Positions 19,695 to 29,080 of a DNA stretch of 64,000 nucleotides are shown here, piece by piece. The stretch's first letter is position 1; each line of letters opens with the position of its first letter. The translations under genes were made by a program, and so were the position numbers. A model generated the notes under the pieces. It was not told the origin of the DNA. It saw nothing but the letters and a program-made list of their open reading frames with translations, and searched no databases. This stretch comes from an uncultured Clostridium sp. (GTDB lineage Bacteria; Bacillota; Clostridia; TANB77; CAG-508): NCBI GenBank assembly GCA_947244325.1, contig CAMXJY010000002.1, forward strand, positions 26,070-90,069. Reading direction: 5' to 3'.

Positions 19695-22600
19695 TTCTAA
19701 TCAATATTGGTCTAGAGGTATGCTTGACATTTGGCATGATACTGGAGTTGTTGGAGAAAAAAGCAGTGATTATTATTCTACTATGGAAACTGGATACATA
19801 AAAGTTGATACAAAATCAAAATCTTTAGAGATAAAAAAAGGATGGTTTAATAATCCTATGAGATTCAACCTAGATGGTTGGACTGGAAGATATGGTATGC
19901 CAATTGACTTTTTATTATCAGTTCACTTGGCAACAATGATGCCAGATTTATCATATGATATGGCAACTACATTTGAAACGAGAGTAGAATTATTATTACA
20001 TAAAAACAGTGGCGATGTAGATGGAGCTTACAAAACAGCAGATGGTAGATATTTGAAATATTCTGAAATAAAAGCTTATGCTTCATCTGGTTGGTTTGAT
20101 GGCTGGAGAATTAGTAAAGCAGAAGCTAAAAAAATAATGACAGATTATAATATAGTAAGTCCAGATAACTATTGTGAAGGTACAAAAGTAAATGGCGAAG
20201 AAGGAGAAATTACAAAAAAATGTAGTGAAGTACCAATAACTGAAGTGGATGAATGTTGTGATGGATGTAGAAAATTTTTACAAAAAATATATGATGAAAT
20301 AAAAGCAGTACATGATGGTGATTTTTCAATGTATACACCATACATATCTTTAGTGGAAGATCATTGGTATAGGGATGTATATTTTATAGAAACAGATAAA
20401 GAATTTGTTACATATGATTATGAATATGAAGCAATGATGAAGGAAAGATGGACATTATATGAAACAGATGAGTATGGAGAATATACACTATATGAAGTTA
20501 ATGAAGATGGAAGTATTGGTAGTAAATTTAATGGAACAGCAGAGGAAGCAAAAGAACAAAATAAATCAGTTGTAAAAAAAGCTGTAACAGATACAATTCA
20601 AAGTATGGGGGAGGATTTGGATTGGGATAATTCAAATGGATTCTGGACAGCATATGTAGAAAATGCAGAAGGTTCTTCAACAGGATGGGAACAAGTATAT
20701 CCAGATATAGATGCATCAGAAGAAGATTATGACATAAAAATAAATATTTATTCTGATGTAACAATAGAAAATAGTATAGAACAAACAGGTGAAGGTCAAA
20801 GAACAGAAACTAATCCTCGTATAAAGAAGATGTTTTTAAATAATAACTATTTCAGATATGATGGGTCACAAGAAACTGCAGAAATAATAACAGCTTTAAG
20901 AGAAAAAATGGGAACAATAAGCGAAAAAGGTGAATCTTATGGAGCAATTAAAGAAGGCTTATTAGATAATACATATAGTTTAGATTTTAGTGATTCAAAA
21001 TATAATTCTTCAGCAGAACCAGGAAATTATAAAGTATCAGATTATGCTGGAAAGGTATCATTAAATCAAGATTCATTAAATTCATTTAGTATGCTTGAGA
21101 ATACACATACACTAGATGCAGACTACATATATAGAGATTTTAAAGAATTAATAGTAGAACTTGGATATTTTACAAAAGAAGAGTTAACAGATGAAACACC
21201 TAGATTACTACAATGGTTAATTCCAGATATTGGTTCAGGTGGTTTCCCAAAAAGAGAGCTAGATAAAAGAGAAGATGAATATGGAACAAATCTACACTCA
21301 AAAGCTGATTATGAAGCAAATAATAAAAATCTTTTAAGAGCTATGTATGAAAAATCACGTGAAGAAAAAGAAAACGGAGATGTAAATGAAAATATAGAAG
21401 CAGGAGATAATCCAGCACAAGAAAATGTAAATGGAATAGCTGCAAATGCAAATGGACTTGCAAACCCAGTAGGTACAATTAATGATTTTAGTATGCGTAA
21501 TAAATTAAGTGCTACTGAAAATATTAGTAAAGTTGTAAGCGGAATGGGAAGTGACTTTGAAAGAGTTGCAGAAGCTGGAGATGGTTATGATTTTAAAGTA
21601 AGATGTGGAAGTGTAGAATATACACATTACTATCAATTTAAAGGTAGCTATGCAGAAAAAACATTTACATGGAGTGGAGCAACTAAAACTTTACATCAAG
21701 CAGCATGTGGACCTACATCATGTGTTAACTTGTTAACAGGATATGGGCAAGATGTTAATCCAACAAATAATATTGTAGGAATAAATTTTGATGCTACAAT
21801 TTATGGTGTAAAAGCATTTATGGAACAATATGGAGTTACTGGAGAAAGTTTTGCTTATTTATCAGATTCAGAATATGTAAGCCGTATAGAACAAGCATTT
21901 TCTGAAGGTAAACCAATAATAACATTAATGCATCAAAGTAAAACAGGAGATTCATTCTGGACATCAGGTGGTCACTTTGTAGCAATGGTAGGACAAGATA
22001 GTAATGGAAATATAATAACTCTTGATTCAGGTACATCAAGTGCAGATAGACATACTTATTCAGGAGGTATTGAAGGACTTTTAAGTACAATAGATGCTCT
22101 TTGGGTAGCAGATGAAGCACCAGATGGAATGGCAGGTGGTTCAAACTTTGAAGGATATAAAGGAAATGAAGCTGTAGTTTCACCAGTAACAGGTGTATTA
22201 TTAGAATATGGAACATATGACACAGAAATAGATTCAATAACAGGAGAAGAATATAGAGTAAACACAGATTTAAAACATAATGTTAATGCTAAAAATACGA
22301 TATCAGTTAATGAAGATGGAACTTATAAAGTAGAACAAGTTGAAGATGGTGAGGAAAAAGCAAAAATAGTACATGATAAAGTAGGCTATGCTAAAATATT
22401 AGTATTAGATGCAGAAAATTATCAAAAATTAGAAAGTACAACAAAGAGTAGTTTCCAAGGCGATAGTTTAGTAAAAATAAAACAAATTAATAAATCTGTT
22501 GATGCAAATACAAGAGATGTCTCATATGATACAGATAAGGCTAAAGCTGGATTTGCAGAAAAACTTACAAGTGAAGAAGACCTTGAAGATTGGAACAATA

Positions 22601-23715
22601 TAGATAAAACTATATATGGATATAAAGAATTTGCTGAAAGCTATGAAAAATATGGAATTGCAGGATATGTAGTATATATAGATGGATTTGTATGTGAACT
22701 TCCAGATGAAGAGTTATCAGGAGAAGGTGGCGAAGAAGGCGATGACGGAGATGATATTTCTGAAAAACTTCCAAATGGAGAAAAATTAACATTAGATAGT
22801 TTCAAAAAAGTAACAGATGGAGATTTACAAGGAAAAGATCCATTAGAAGAAGATCAAGTTTTAGATTCAAAATATGAAAAAGATTCTGAATATAAAATGG
22901 CAAGTAAAAAAGCAACAGATAAAATAAATGCAGAATCAAAAGTAAAAGATGAAGCAAACTCTAGTATTTATTCATCATCAGCAGCAGGCCAAACAAGTGA
23001 CGGAACAGACGTAACAGGAATATTCATTAAAGAAGGTACAGTTATAGGAAGAACAATGACTGATAAAGAATTAATTGAAAAAGTAAGAAAAGAAAAAGAA
23101 AGCTATGAATACTATAGACCAGAAGATGAAGGGGCTGGAGATGGAGACAGCGATGAAGAAGAAAACCATGATAAGGTAATGGGAAATTACATAAGAATAA
23201 TGATGAGAGATTTGGATAAAACAGTAGTTGAAAATGTAGAAGACTACATGAAATTAGATGATCCAGGTTCAGGTTCAATAGCAGCAGATGATGTAATAAA
23301 ATTTATGGCAGGAGTTCTTACTGCTGAGTGTGGACCAACATCAGCACAAGGACAAGCAGCAGCAGCATGGGTAATAAAGAATAGACTTGATAGTGGAAAA
23401 TTTGGAGCAACACTTGAGGAAATTTTAGTTGCACCTAACCAATTTGTTGTTGTTGCAACAGATCCTTCTCAATGTACAGGTGGATATGTAACAAAAGGCG
23501 AAACAATTTCACTAGAGGTAAATGGAACAACTTACTATGTAAATGCACCAAGTGATTTAGCTATACAAGTTGCTACATCTGTAATGTCAGGTGGTAGTGA
23601 ATATAAAAATGAAATAGCAGATAGATGTTATTGGAAATCAGCTGGAACTAATGTGGATTCAAGTAAAAATCCTATACAAATTCCACCTGGAACAGGTAAT
23701 AAGTATCATTATTAG
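19639..23715 (+). CDS. Giant secreted cell-wall hydrolase with a central C39-like papain-fold peptidase domain and a C-terminal SleB-like cell-wall hydrolase (Hydrolase_2) domain
   Basis: C39-like or YvpB-like domain: HQAACGPTSCVNLLTGYG ... TSGGHFVAMVGQDSNGNIITLDSG. SleB-like C-terminus: AGVLTAECGPTSAQGQAAAAWVIKNRLDSGKFGATLEEILVAPNQFVVV. Acidic low-complexity linkers separate the domains. Confidence 0.7.
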   Translation: MGVLSGIGQHLASFFTGGNSNQYWSRGMLDIWHDTGVVGEKSSDYYSTMETGYIKVDTKSKSLEIKKGWFNNPMRFNLDGWTGRYGMPIDFLLSVHLATMMPDLSYDMATTFETRVELLLHKNSGDVDGAYKTADGRYLKYSEIKAYASSGWFDGWRISKAEAKKIMTDYNIVSPDNYCEGTKVNGEEGEITKKCSEVPITEVDECCDGCRKFLQKIYDEIKAVHDGDFSMYTPYISLVEDHWYRDVYFIETDKEFVTYDYEYEAMMKERWTLYETDEYGEYTLYEVNEDGSIGSKFNGTAEEAKEQNKSVVKKAVTDTIQSMGEDLDWDNSNGFWTAYVENAEGSSTGWEQVYPDIDASEEDYDIKINIYSDVTIENSIEQTGEGQRTETNPRIKKMFLNNNYFRYDGSQETAEIITALREKMGTISEKGESYGAIKEGLLDNTYSLDFSDSKYNSSAEPGNYKVSDYAGKVSLNQDSLNSFSMLENTHTLDADYIYRDFKELIVELGYFTKEELTDETPRLLQWLIPDIGSGGFPKRELDKREDEYGTNLHSKADYEANNKNLLRAMYEKSREEKENGDVNENIEAGDNPAQENVNGIAANANGLANPVGTINDFSMRNKLSATENISKVVSGMGSDFERVAEAGDGYDFKVRCGSVEYTHYYQFKGSYAEKTFTWSGATKTLHQAACGPTSCVNLLTGYGQDVNPTNNIVGINFDATIYGVKAFMEQYGVTGESFAYLSDSEYVSRIEQAFSEGKPIITLMHQSKTGDSFWTSGGHFVAMVGQDSNGNIITLDSGTSSADRHTYSGGIEGLLSTIDALWVADEAPDGMAGGSNFEGYKGNEAVVSPVTGVLLEYGTYDTEIDSITGEEYRVNTDLKHNVNAKNTISVNEDGTYKVEQVEDGEEKAKIVHDKVGYAKILVLDAENYQKLESTTKSSFQGDSLVKIKQINKSVDANTRDVSYDTDKAKAGFAEKLTSEEDLEDWNNIDKTIYGYKEFAESYEKYGIAGYVVYIDGFVCELPDEELSGEGGEEGDDGDDISEKLPNGEKLTLDSFKKVTDGDLQGKDPLEEDQVLDSKYEKDSEYKMASKKATDKINAESKVKDEANSSIYSSSAAGQTSDGTDVTGIFIKEGTVIGRTMTDKELIEKVRKEKESYEYYRPEDEGAGDGDSDEEENHDKVMGNYIRIMMRDLDKTVVENVEDYMKLDDPGSGSIAADDVIKFMAGVLTAECGPTSAQGQAAAAWVIKNRLDSGKFGATLEEILVAPNQFVVVATDPSQCTGGYVTKGETISLEVNGTTYYVNAPSDLAIQVATSVMSGGSEYKNEIADRCYWKSAGTNVDSSKNPIQIPPGTGNKYHY

Positions 23716-23747
23716 AAGTTTTATTAAAATACAAAGGAGCTAATATT

Positions 23748-24338
23748 TTGAAAAAAGAAAATAAAAAAAATATTATTAAAAAGTTAATTTTAGTATTAGC
23801 AATATTAGTTATAATATTAATAATAGTATTAAATTTAACAAAAAGTAAATCTGAAAATGATAAAGTAGAACACCTAGGAAGTGTTAAAGTAGATATAACT
23901 GAGCAATCTACAGAAATAGAAAATTTTGATGTAATTGTAGATAATCTTCCAATAAAAAGTATAACAATGAGAAATAGAATTCAAAATTTTTGTATTAATA
24001 GAATAAAAACTATTTATTCGAATATAGTAAATTCTTCAGAAAAAGAAATTGAGGAATACTATAACCAAAATAAAGCTACAATTGATGCTTATATTTATAA
24101 AAGTGATTTAAGTAAATTTAAAAAATTAGCTACAGAATTACAAAAGATTAATGAAAAAGAATTATTTTATTCAAATAATAAATTTGATGTATCTTCATTT
24201 AATAATAATGATGCTAAAAATAGATATTTTGATATGAAAGTACAATATAATAACAAGTATGAAATAAATTTTACAGTTCATATTGAAAGAGAAGTTGGAG
24301 AAATACTAGAAAGCAATATATTTTTTGAAGTAAAATAA
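23748..24338 (+). CDS. Hypothetical membrane-anchored protein, 196 aa
   Basis: Lys-rich N-terminus followed by a TM segment. RBS aaaggagct. Confidence 0.5.
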   Translation: MKKENKKNIIKKLILVLAILVIILIIVLNLTKSKSENDKVEHLGSVKVDITEQSTEIENFDVIVDNLPIKSITMRNRIQNFCINRIKTIYSNIVNSSEKEIEEYYNQNKATIDAYIYKSDLSKFKKLATELQKINEKELFYSNNKFDVSSFNNNDAKNRYFDMKVQYNNKYEINFTVHIEREVGEILESNIFFEVK

Positions 24339-24340
24339 AA

Positions 24341-24390
24341 TTAGAACAATAGTGGATGATTTTTACATATTAAATATCATTCACTATTGT
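24341..24390. repeat. Inverted pair of the repeat-family 3' module (tagaacaatagtggatgat / atcattcactattgttat) forming a palindrome
   Basis: agaacaatagtggatgat is the reverse complement of the element 3' end motif atcatccactattgttct. A forward 3' fragment follows directly. Confidence 0.6.
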
Positions 24391-24568
24391 TATATTATAG
24401 GAAAGTGCTCCGCACTTTCTATAATATAAAGCCTTCGGCAAATTTGTACATTTCTTAGCTGTGTGAAACGAAGTGAACTACAGATAAGTTATGCACGTAG
24501 AACAAAGACGTGGACATTTGCAATAAGTTTTTTCTTTTGCAATTTTCATAATGTCCACTATTGTTCTT
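24391..24568 (+). repeat. Structured intergenic repeat, copy B (full length). Its 3' stem carries compensatory changes (gtggacatt...aatgtccac)
   Basis: It aligns to copies A, C and D. Base changes in the 3' stem preserve pairing compared with copies A and D. Confidence 0.8.
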
Positions 24569-24571
24569 TAG

Positions 24572-24640
24572 TAGGAAAGTCCATGGAAAATCCTCATGAG
24601 ATAAAATCTCTATGAGGATTTTGTCATTTTGAAAGAAAAT
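24572..24640 (+). repeat. A 5' fragment of the repeat family (taggaaagtcc) followed by an unrelated hairpin aatcctcatgaga-taaaa-tctctatgaggatt
   Basis: Partial match to the 5' palindrome of the element. A strong stem-loop with a T-run follows. Confidence 0.4.
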
Positions 24641-24823
24641 AATTAAAATCACTAAAAAAATCAATATATATTTTTTTTCTGTATTGATTTTTTTTTTCTT
24701 TATTGATATTATATATGCGTAAAATTGAAAAAATATGTAAATTTTTAAGTTAGATTTAAGAAAAATTTAATAATATGTATAAAAATGTGGAAAAATAAAA
24801 CTAGAAAGGATGCAAAATAGCAA

Positions 24824-25510
24824 ATGATAGAATTTAGAAATGTAACTAAGTTATATGATACAGGAACAGAAGCTGTTCATAATGCAACTTTTAGTATAGA
24901 TAAAGGAGAATTTGCTTTTTTAGTAGGTTCTTCTGGATCTGGAAAATCAACATTAATAAAATTAATTTTAAAAGAAGAAGAAGCTACAAGAGGAAATATA
25001 ATAATAAATGGTAAAGATATAACTTTTTTAAAAGCAAAAAGAGTACCTTTTTTACGTAGAAGTATGGGAGTAGTATTCCAAGATTTTAGATTACTTCCTG
25101 ATAAAACTGTATATGAAAATGTAGCATTTGCAATGTATATTGTAAAAGCTACACCAAAACACATAAGAAGACAAGTACCAATGGTTTTATCATTGGTAGG
25201 ACTAAGTAATAAAGCTAAATGTTATCCAAATGAGCTTTCAGGTGGTGAACAACAAAGGGTTGCTTTGGCTAGAGCATTAGTAAATAATCCATCAATGATT
25301 ATTGCAGATGAACCTACTGGAAACTTAGATCCTGAAACCGCTTGGGATATAATGAACTTATTAAATGATATAAATGCAAGAGGAACAACTGTAGTTATGG
25401 CAACGCATGCAAAAGATATAGTAAATAAAATGAAAAAAAGGGTTATACAAATAGATAAAGGTGTAATCATAAGAGATGATAAAAAAGGTGGGTATAGTAG
25501 TGAGGTATAA
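24824..25510 (+). CDS. ftsE: Cell division ATP-binding protein FtsE
   Basis: Walker A GSSGSGKST, ABC signature LSGGEQQRVALARAL and Walker B IIADEPTGNLD. Length 228 aa. It is followed by ftsX. Confidence 0.9.
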   Translation: MIEFRNVTKLYDTGTEAVHNATFSIDKGEFAFLVGSSGSGKSTLIKLILKEEEATRGNIIINGKDITFLKAKRVPFLRRSMGVVFQDFRLLPDKTVYENVAFAMYIVKATPKHIRRQVPMVLSLVGLSNKAKCYPNELSGGEQQRVALARALVNNPSMIIADEPTGNLDPETAWDIMNLLNDINARGTTVVMATHAKDIVNKMKKRVIQIDKGVIIRDDKKGGYSSEV

Positions 25511-26474
25511 TGGTTTTACTTATTTAATAAGTGAGGGATTTAAAAATATTTTTAAAAATACAAAATCAACTGTTATATCAGTTATAACAATGATTTGTAC
25601 GATGTTCCTTTTTGGTATCTTTTTTGCTATAGGTGTTAATATCAATTCTGTTTTAGAACAAGTTCAAATGAAACAAGGAATGGAAGTTTTTATTTATGAT
25701 GAAACAACAGATGAGCAAAGAGAGCAATTTGAAACAGAAATAAAAGCTTTAGATGGTGTTAATACTGTGGTATATAAAAACAAACAACAAGCACTAGACT
25801 CTATGAAAGAAAGAATGAATAATAAACCAGAATTACTAGAAGGATATGAAGGAGAAAATAATATCTTTCCAGCTTCTTTTGTTGTAACATTAACAAACCT
25901 TGAAAGAAGTAAAACAATAGAAGATGATGTTTTAAGAATTGGTGCCAAAATAGCTACATCAGGTAGAAGCGAAGAAGTTGATTTAGAAATTGAGGAATCA
26001 ACAGAGCATGATAATTTAGTAAAAAATATACAAAGCAGTAATGAAACAATAACAACTTTAATAACAATTGTAAAAGGTGTTAGAATAACAATAGGAGTAA
26101 TATTTATAATCCTTCTAATTATTTCAGTAACGATTATTTCTAACACAATAAAACTTACAGTTCATGCTAGAAGAAAAGAAATTTCTATAATGAAATATGT
26201 AGGAGCAACAAATGGATTTATTAGATGGCCATTTCTTGTTGAAGGTATAATTATAGGAATAATTGCTGCTATAATTACAATTTTAATAGTAGGACTTTTA
26301 TATGATTTTGTAATTCAAAATATAGAAAGTTCTACAGTATTACAACAAATGGGAATAACATTACTTACATTCTTAGAACTTGCAAAACCAATAGCAATAG
26401 TATATGCAGTTTTAGGAATTGGGGTTGGTATAATAGGAAGTTCAATGTCGATGAAAAAGTACTTGGAGGTATAG
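25476..26474 (+). CDS. ftsX: Cell division permease FtsX
   Basis: FtsX topology: one TM, a large extracytoplasmic domain, then three C-terminal TMs. Its position after ftsE fits. The true start may be a downstream GTG. Confidence 0.85.
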   Translation: MIKKVGIVVRYNGFTYLISEGFKNIFKNTKSTVISVITMICTMFLFGIFFAIGVNINSVLEQVQMKQGMEVFIYDETTDEQREQFETEIKALDGVNTVVYKNKQQALDSMKERMNNKPELLEGYEGENNIFPASFVVTLTNLERSKTIEDDVLRIGAKIATSGRSEEVDLEIEESTEHDNLVKNIQSSNETITTLITIVKGVRITIGVIFIILLIISVTIISNTIKLTVHARRKEISIMKYVGATNGFIRWPFLVEGIIIGIIAAIITILIVGLLYDFVIQNIESSTVLQQMGITLLTFLELAKPIAIVYAVLGIGVGIIGSSMSMKKYLEV

Positions 26475-26483
26475 ATTAATTAT

Positions 26484-27875
26484 ATGAAAAAATTTATTAA
26501 AATTAATTTTATAATTTTAGTAATATTTTGTTTGTCATGTAATTTTGCTTTAGTAAAAATAAATGCTACTTCTGATGAAGTTCAAGAGGAAATACCAGAA
26601 GAAATAAACGAAGAAGAAACATTAGAAGAAAATAATGAAGAAGAAAAAACATTAGATGATCTACAAATAGAAAGATCTGACTTAGAAAATCAAATTAACA
26701 GTTCAAATGAGCAAATACAATTTATAGAGAACGATTTATCTGCAACAGTAGCAGAAATATCAGAAATAAATCAAAAAATAATTGATAAGCAGATGGAAAT
26801 AGAGACTTTGCAGGTTCAAGAAAAAGATTTGATTGTTTATATAGATAAAGCAGAAAAAGAATTAGAGATATCTAATGAAAGATATGAAAAACAAAAAGAA
26901 TTATTAGAAAAAAGATTGGTTGCTATGTATGAAATGGGGGAAACTTCGTATTTAGATTTAATATTAAATTCTAAGAGTATAACAGAACTTTTTTCTAATT
27001 ATTACTTAATATCAGAAATAACATCAGCTGATACAGAATTATTAGAGTCAGTTGAAGCAGAGAAAAAATATAATAAAAAATTAAAAGATACATTAGAAAC
27101 AAAGAGAGCAGTGCTTACAGCTTCTAAAGAAACGAGAGAGAAAAATGCTATTTTCTTAGAAAATATGTCAATCATAAAAAACAATAAACTTATAAGTTTG
27201 ACAGAAGAAGAAGCTGCATTGCAACAAATGGTTGAAGAATATCAAAATCAGATTGCTGAAATTGAAACAGAAATTAGATTACTGGCACTTGCAAATGTAG
27301 GAGAAGCTTATGTTGGTGGAACGATGGCATGGCCAGTTCCAGGGTATACCAGAATAACATCACCTTTTTCTATGAGAACTCATCCAATAACAGGAGTTTA
27401 TAAACTTCATACAGGAGTTGATATAGGTGCACCACTAGGTGCCAACTTTGTAGCAGCAAATGACGGTATTGTTACTTATGCAGGATGGAATACAGCATAT
27501 GGAAATATGGTAATAATAGACCATGGTGGAGGAATTACTACTTTGTATGCTCATGGTTCAGAAATACTTGTTAATGTTGGAGATACAGTTTTTCAAGGGA
27601 CACCAGTTTTAAAAGTGGGATCAACAGGTTATTCAACAGGTCCACATGCTCATTTTGAAGTTAGAATAGCAGGAGAATATGTACAACCTTTAGATTATAT
27701 AACATCTTATTCTGCTCCTACAAATAATAATGAAAACAATGAACAAAGTAGTGCAGAAGACAATATAAAATTAGAAATAAAGGAAACTGAAAATCAAAAT
27801 ATAGTTACACAATCCAATGAGAATAAAGCGGAAAATATAGTTATACAACAAAATGAAAATACATCAGAAAATTAA
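26484..27875 (+). CDS. Coiled-coil M23 family metallopeptidase (EnvC-like FtsEX partner) with an Asn/Glu-rich C-terminal tail
   Basis: Signal peptide, long coiled coil, then M23 motifs HTGVDIGAPLG, GNMVIIDHGGG and GSTGYSTGPHAHFEV. Confidence 0.85.
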   Translation: MKKFIKINFIILVIFCLSCNFALVKINATSDEVQEEIPEEINEEETLEENNEEEKTLDDLQIERSDLENQINSSNEQIQFIENDLSATVAEISEINQKIIDKQMEIETLQVQEKDLIVYIDKAEKELEISNERYEKQKELLEKRLVAMYEMGETSYLDLILNSKSITELFSNYYLISEITSADTELLESVEAEKKYNKKLKDTLETKRAVLTASKETREKNAIFLENMSIIKNNKLISLTEEEAALQQMVEEYQNQIAEIETEIRLLALANVGEAYVGGTMAWPVPGYTRITSPFSMRTHPITGVYKLHTGVDIGAPLGANFVAANDGIVTYAGWNTAYGNMVIIDHGGGITTLYAHGSEILVNVGDTVFQGTPVLKVGSTGYSTGPHAHFEVRIAGEYVQPLDYITSYSAPTNNNENNEQSSAEDNIKLEIKETENQNIVTQSNENKAENIVIQQNENTSEN

Positions 27876-27891
27876 AAAAACGGAGGAAAAG

Positions 27892-29052
27892 ATGAATATT
27901 AGTAAATTATTAAGAATAGTATGTATTAGCATTATAATGACAATTATGGTACTAAGTGGTATTAGTTTTTCTTATGCAACAACATCTTCTGAATTAAAAA
28001 GACAACAACAAAATATTGATAAACAAATTGATAAAACTAATTCAGAAATAGCTGGTGTAAAGAATCAAATGTCAGCAAATTTGAATCAAATTAATAAATT
28101 AAATGCAGAAATATCAACATATGAAAATGAAATTACTAATTTAGAAACAAAGATTGGAAGTTTGAATAATGATATATCAGCAAAAGAATTAAGTATACAA
28201 GAACAAGAACAAAAATATGCTGTACAAAAGGATTTATTAGATAAAAGATTAGTTGCTTTATATGAATCTGGAAGTACATCATATTTAGATATGTTATTAT
28301 CAGCAGATGGATTAACTGAATTTATTTCAAAATATTATACAATAGAACAATTAGCAGAAGCAGATGAAGAATTGTTAGCAAAAATTGAAAGTACAAAAAA
28401 ACAAATTGAAGATGAAAAAAATTCACTTCAAAATGCAAAAACAGAAGTTGAAAATTCAAAAACAGCAGTTGTAGGGAAAAGAAATTCTTTAGCATCTTCT
28501 CGTAATGAGAAAACTAATATAGTAAATCAACTTTCTGCTGAAGAAGCTGCTCTTCAAGAACAACTAGAAGAATTTGAAAAAGATAAAAAAGAAATTCAGA
28601 GAGAACTTGCAGCATTAGCGGCAAAAAGTTCTGTAAAAGATGCTGTAGCACCAAGTGCAGCAGGGTACATATCTCCACTTGCCGGAAAAACAAAAGGAAG
28701 CATTACAACAGGATATTATGGTTATGCAGGTCATACTGGAGTAGATTTTGCTTGTGGTTCTGGAACACCAATTAGAGCAGTAAAAGCTGGTACTGTAGTA
28801 ACTTCAAAGGCATTAAGAAGACCAAATGGACAATATAAAAGTTATGGAGAATATATAGTTATAGATCATAATGATGGTACAATGACTTTATATGCACATA
28901 TGTCATCAAGAGCTGTAGGACCTGGAGCAACTGTTGCTCAAGGTCAAACTATAGGATATGTTGGATCAACAGGAAATTCAACAGGTCCACATTTACATTT
29001 TGAAGTACGTGTTAAAGGATCATGTGTTAATCCTACACCATACTTACCATAA
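27892..29052 (+). CDS. Second coiled-coil M23 family metallopeptidase (EnvC-like paralogue)
   Basis: RBS acggaggaaaag then ATG at 27892. Signal peptide and coiled coil. M23 motifs HTGVDFACGSG and GSTGNSTGPHLHFEV. Confidence 0.85.
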   Translation: MNISKLLRIVCISIIMTIMVLSGISFSYATTSSELKRQQQNIDKQIDKTNSEIAGVKNQMSANLNQINKLNAEISTYENEITNLETKIGSLNNDISAKELSIQEQEQKYAVQKDLLDKRLVALYESGSTSYLDMLLSADGLTEFISKYYTIEQLAEADEELLAKIESTKKQIEDEKNSLQNAKTEVENSKTAVVGKRNSLASSRNEKTNIVNQLSAEEAALQEQLEEFEKDKKEIQRELAALAAKSSVKDAVAPSAAGYISPLAGKTKGSITTGYYGYAGHTGVDFACGSGTPIRAVKAGTVVTSKALRRPNGQYKSYGEYIVIDHNDGTMTLYAHMSSRAVGPGATVAQGQTIGYVGSTGNSTGPHLHFEVRVKGSCVNPTPYLP

Positions 29053-29080
29053 GTTTCAAAAATAATAAGTAGGAGGCAAA

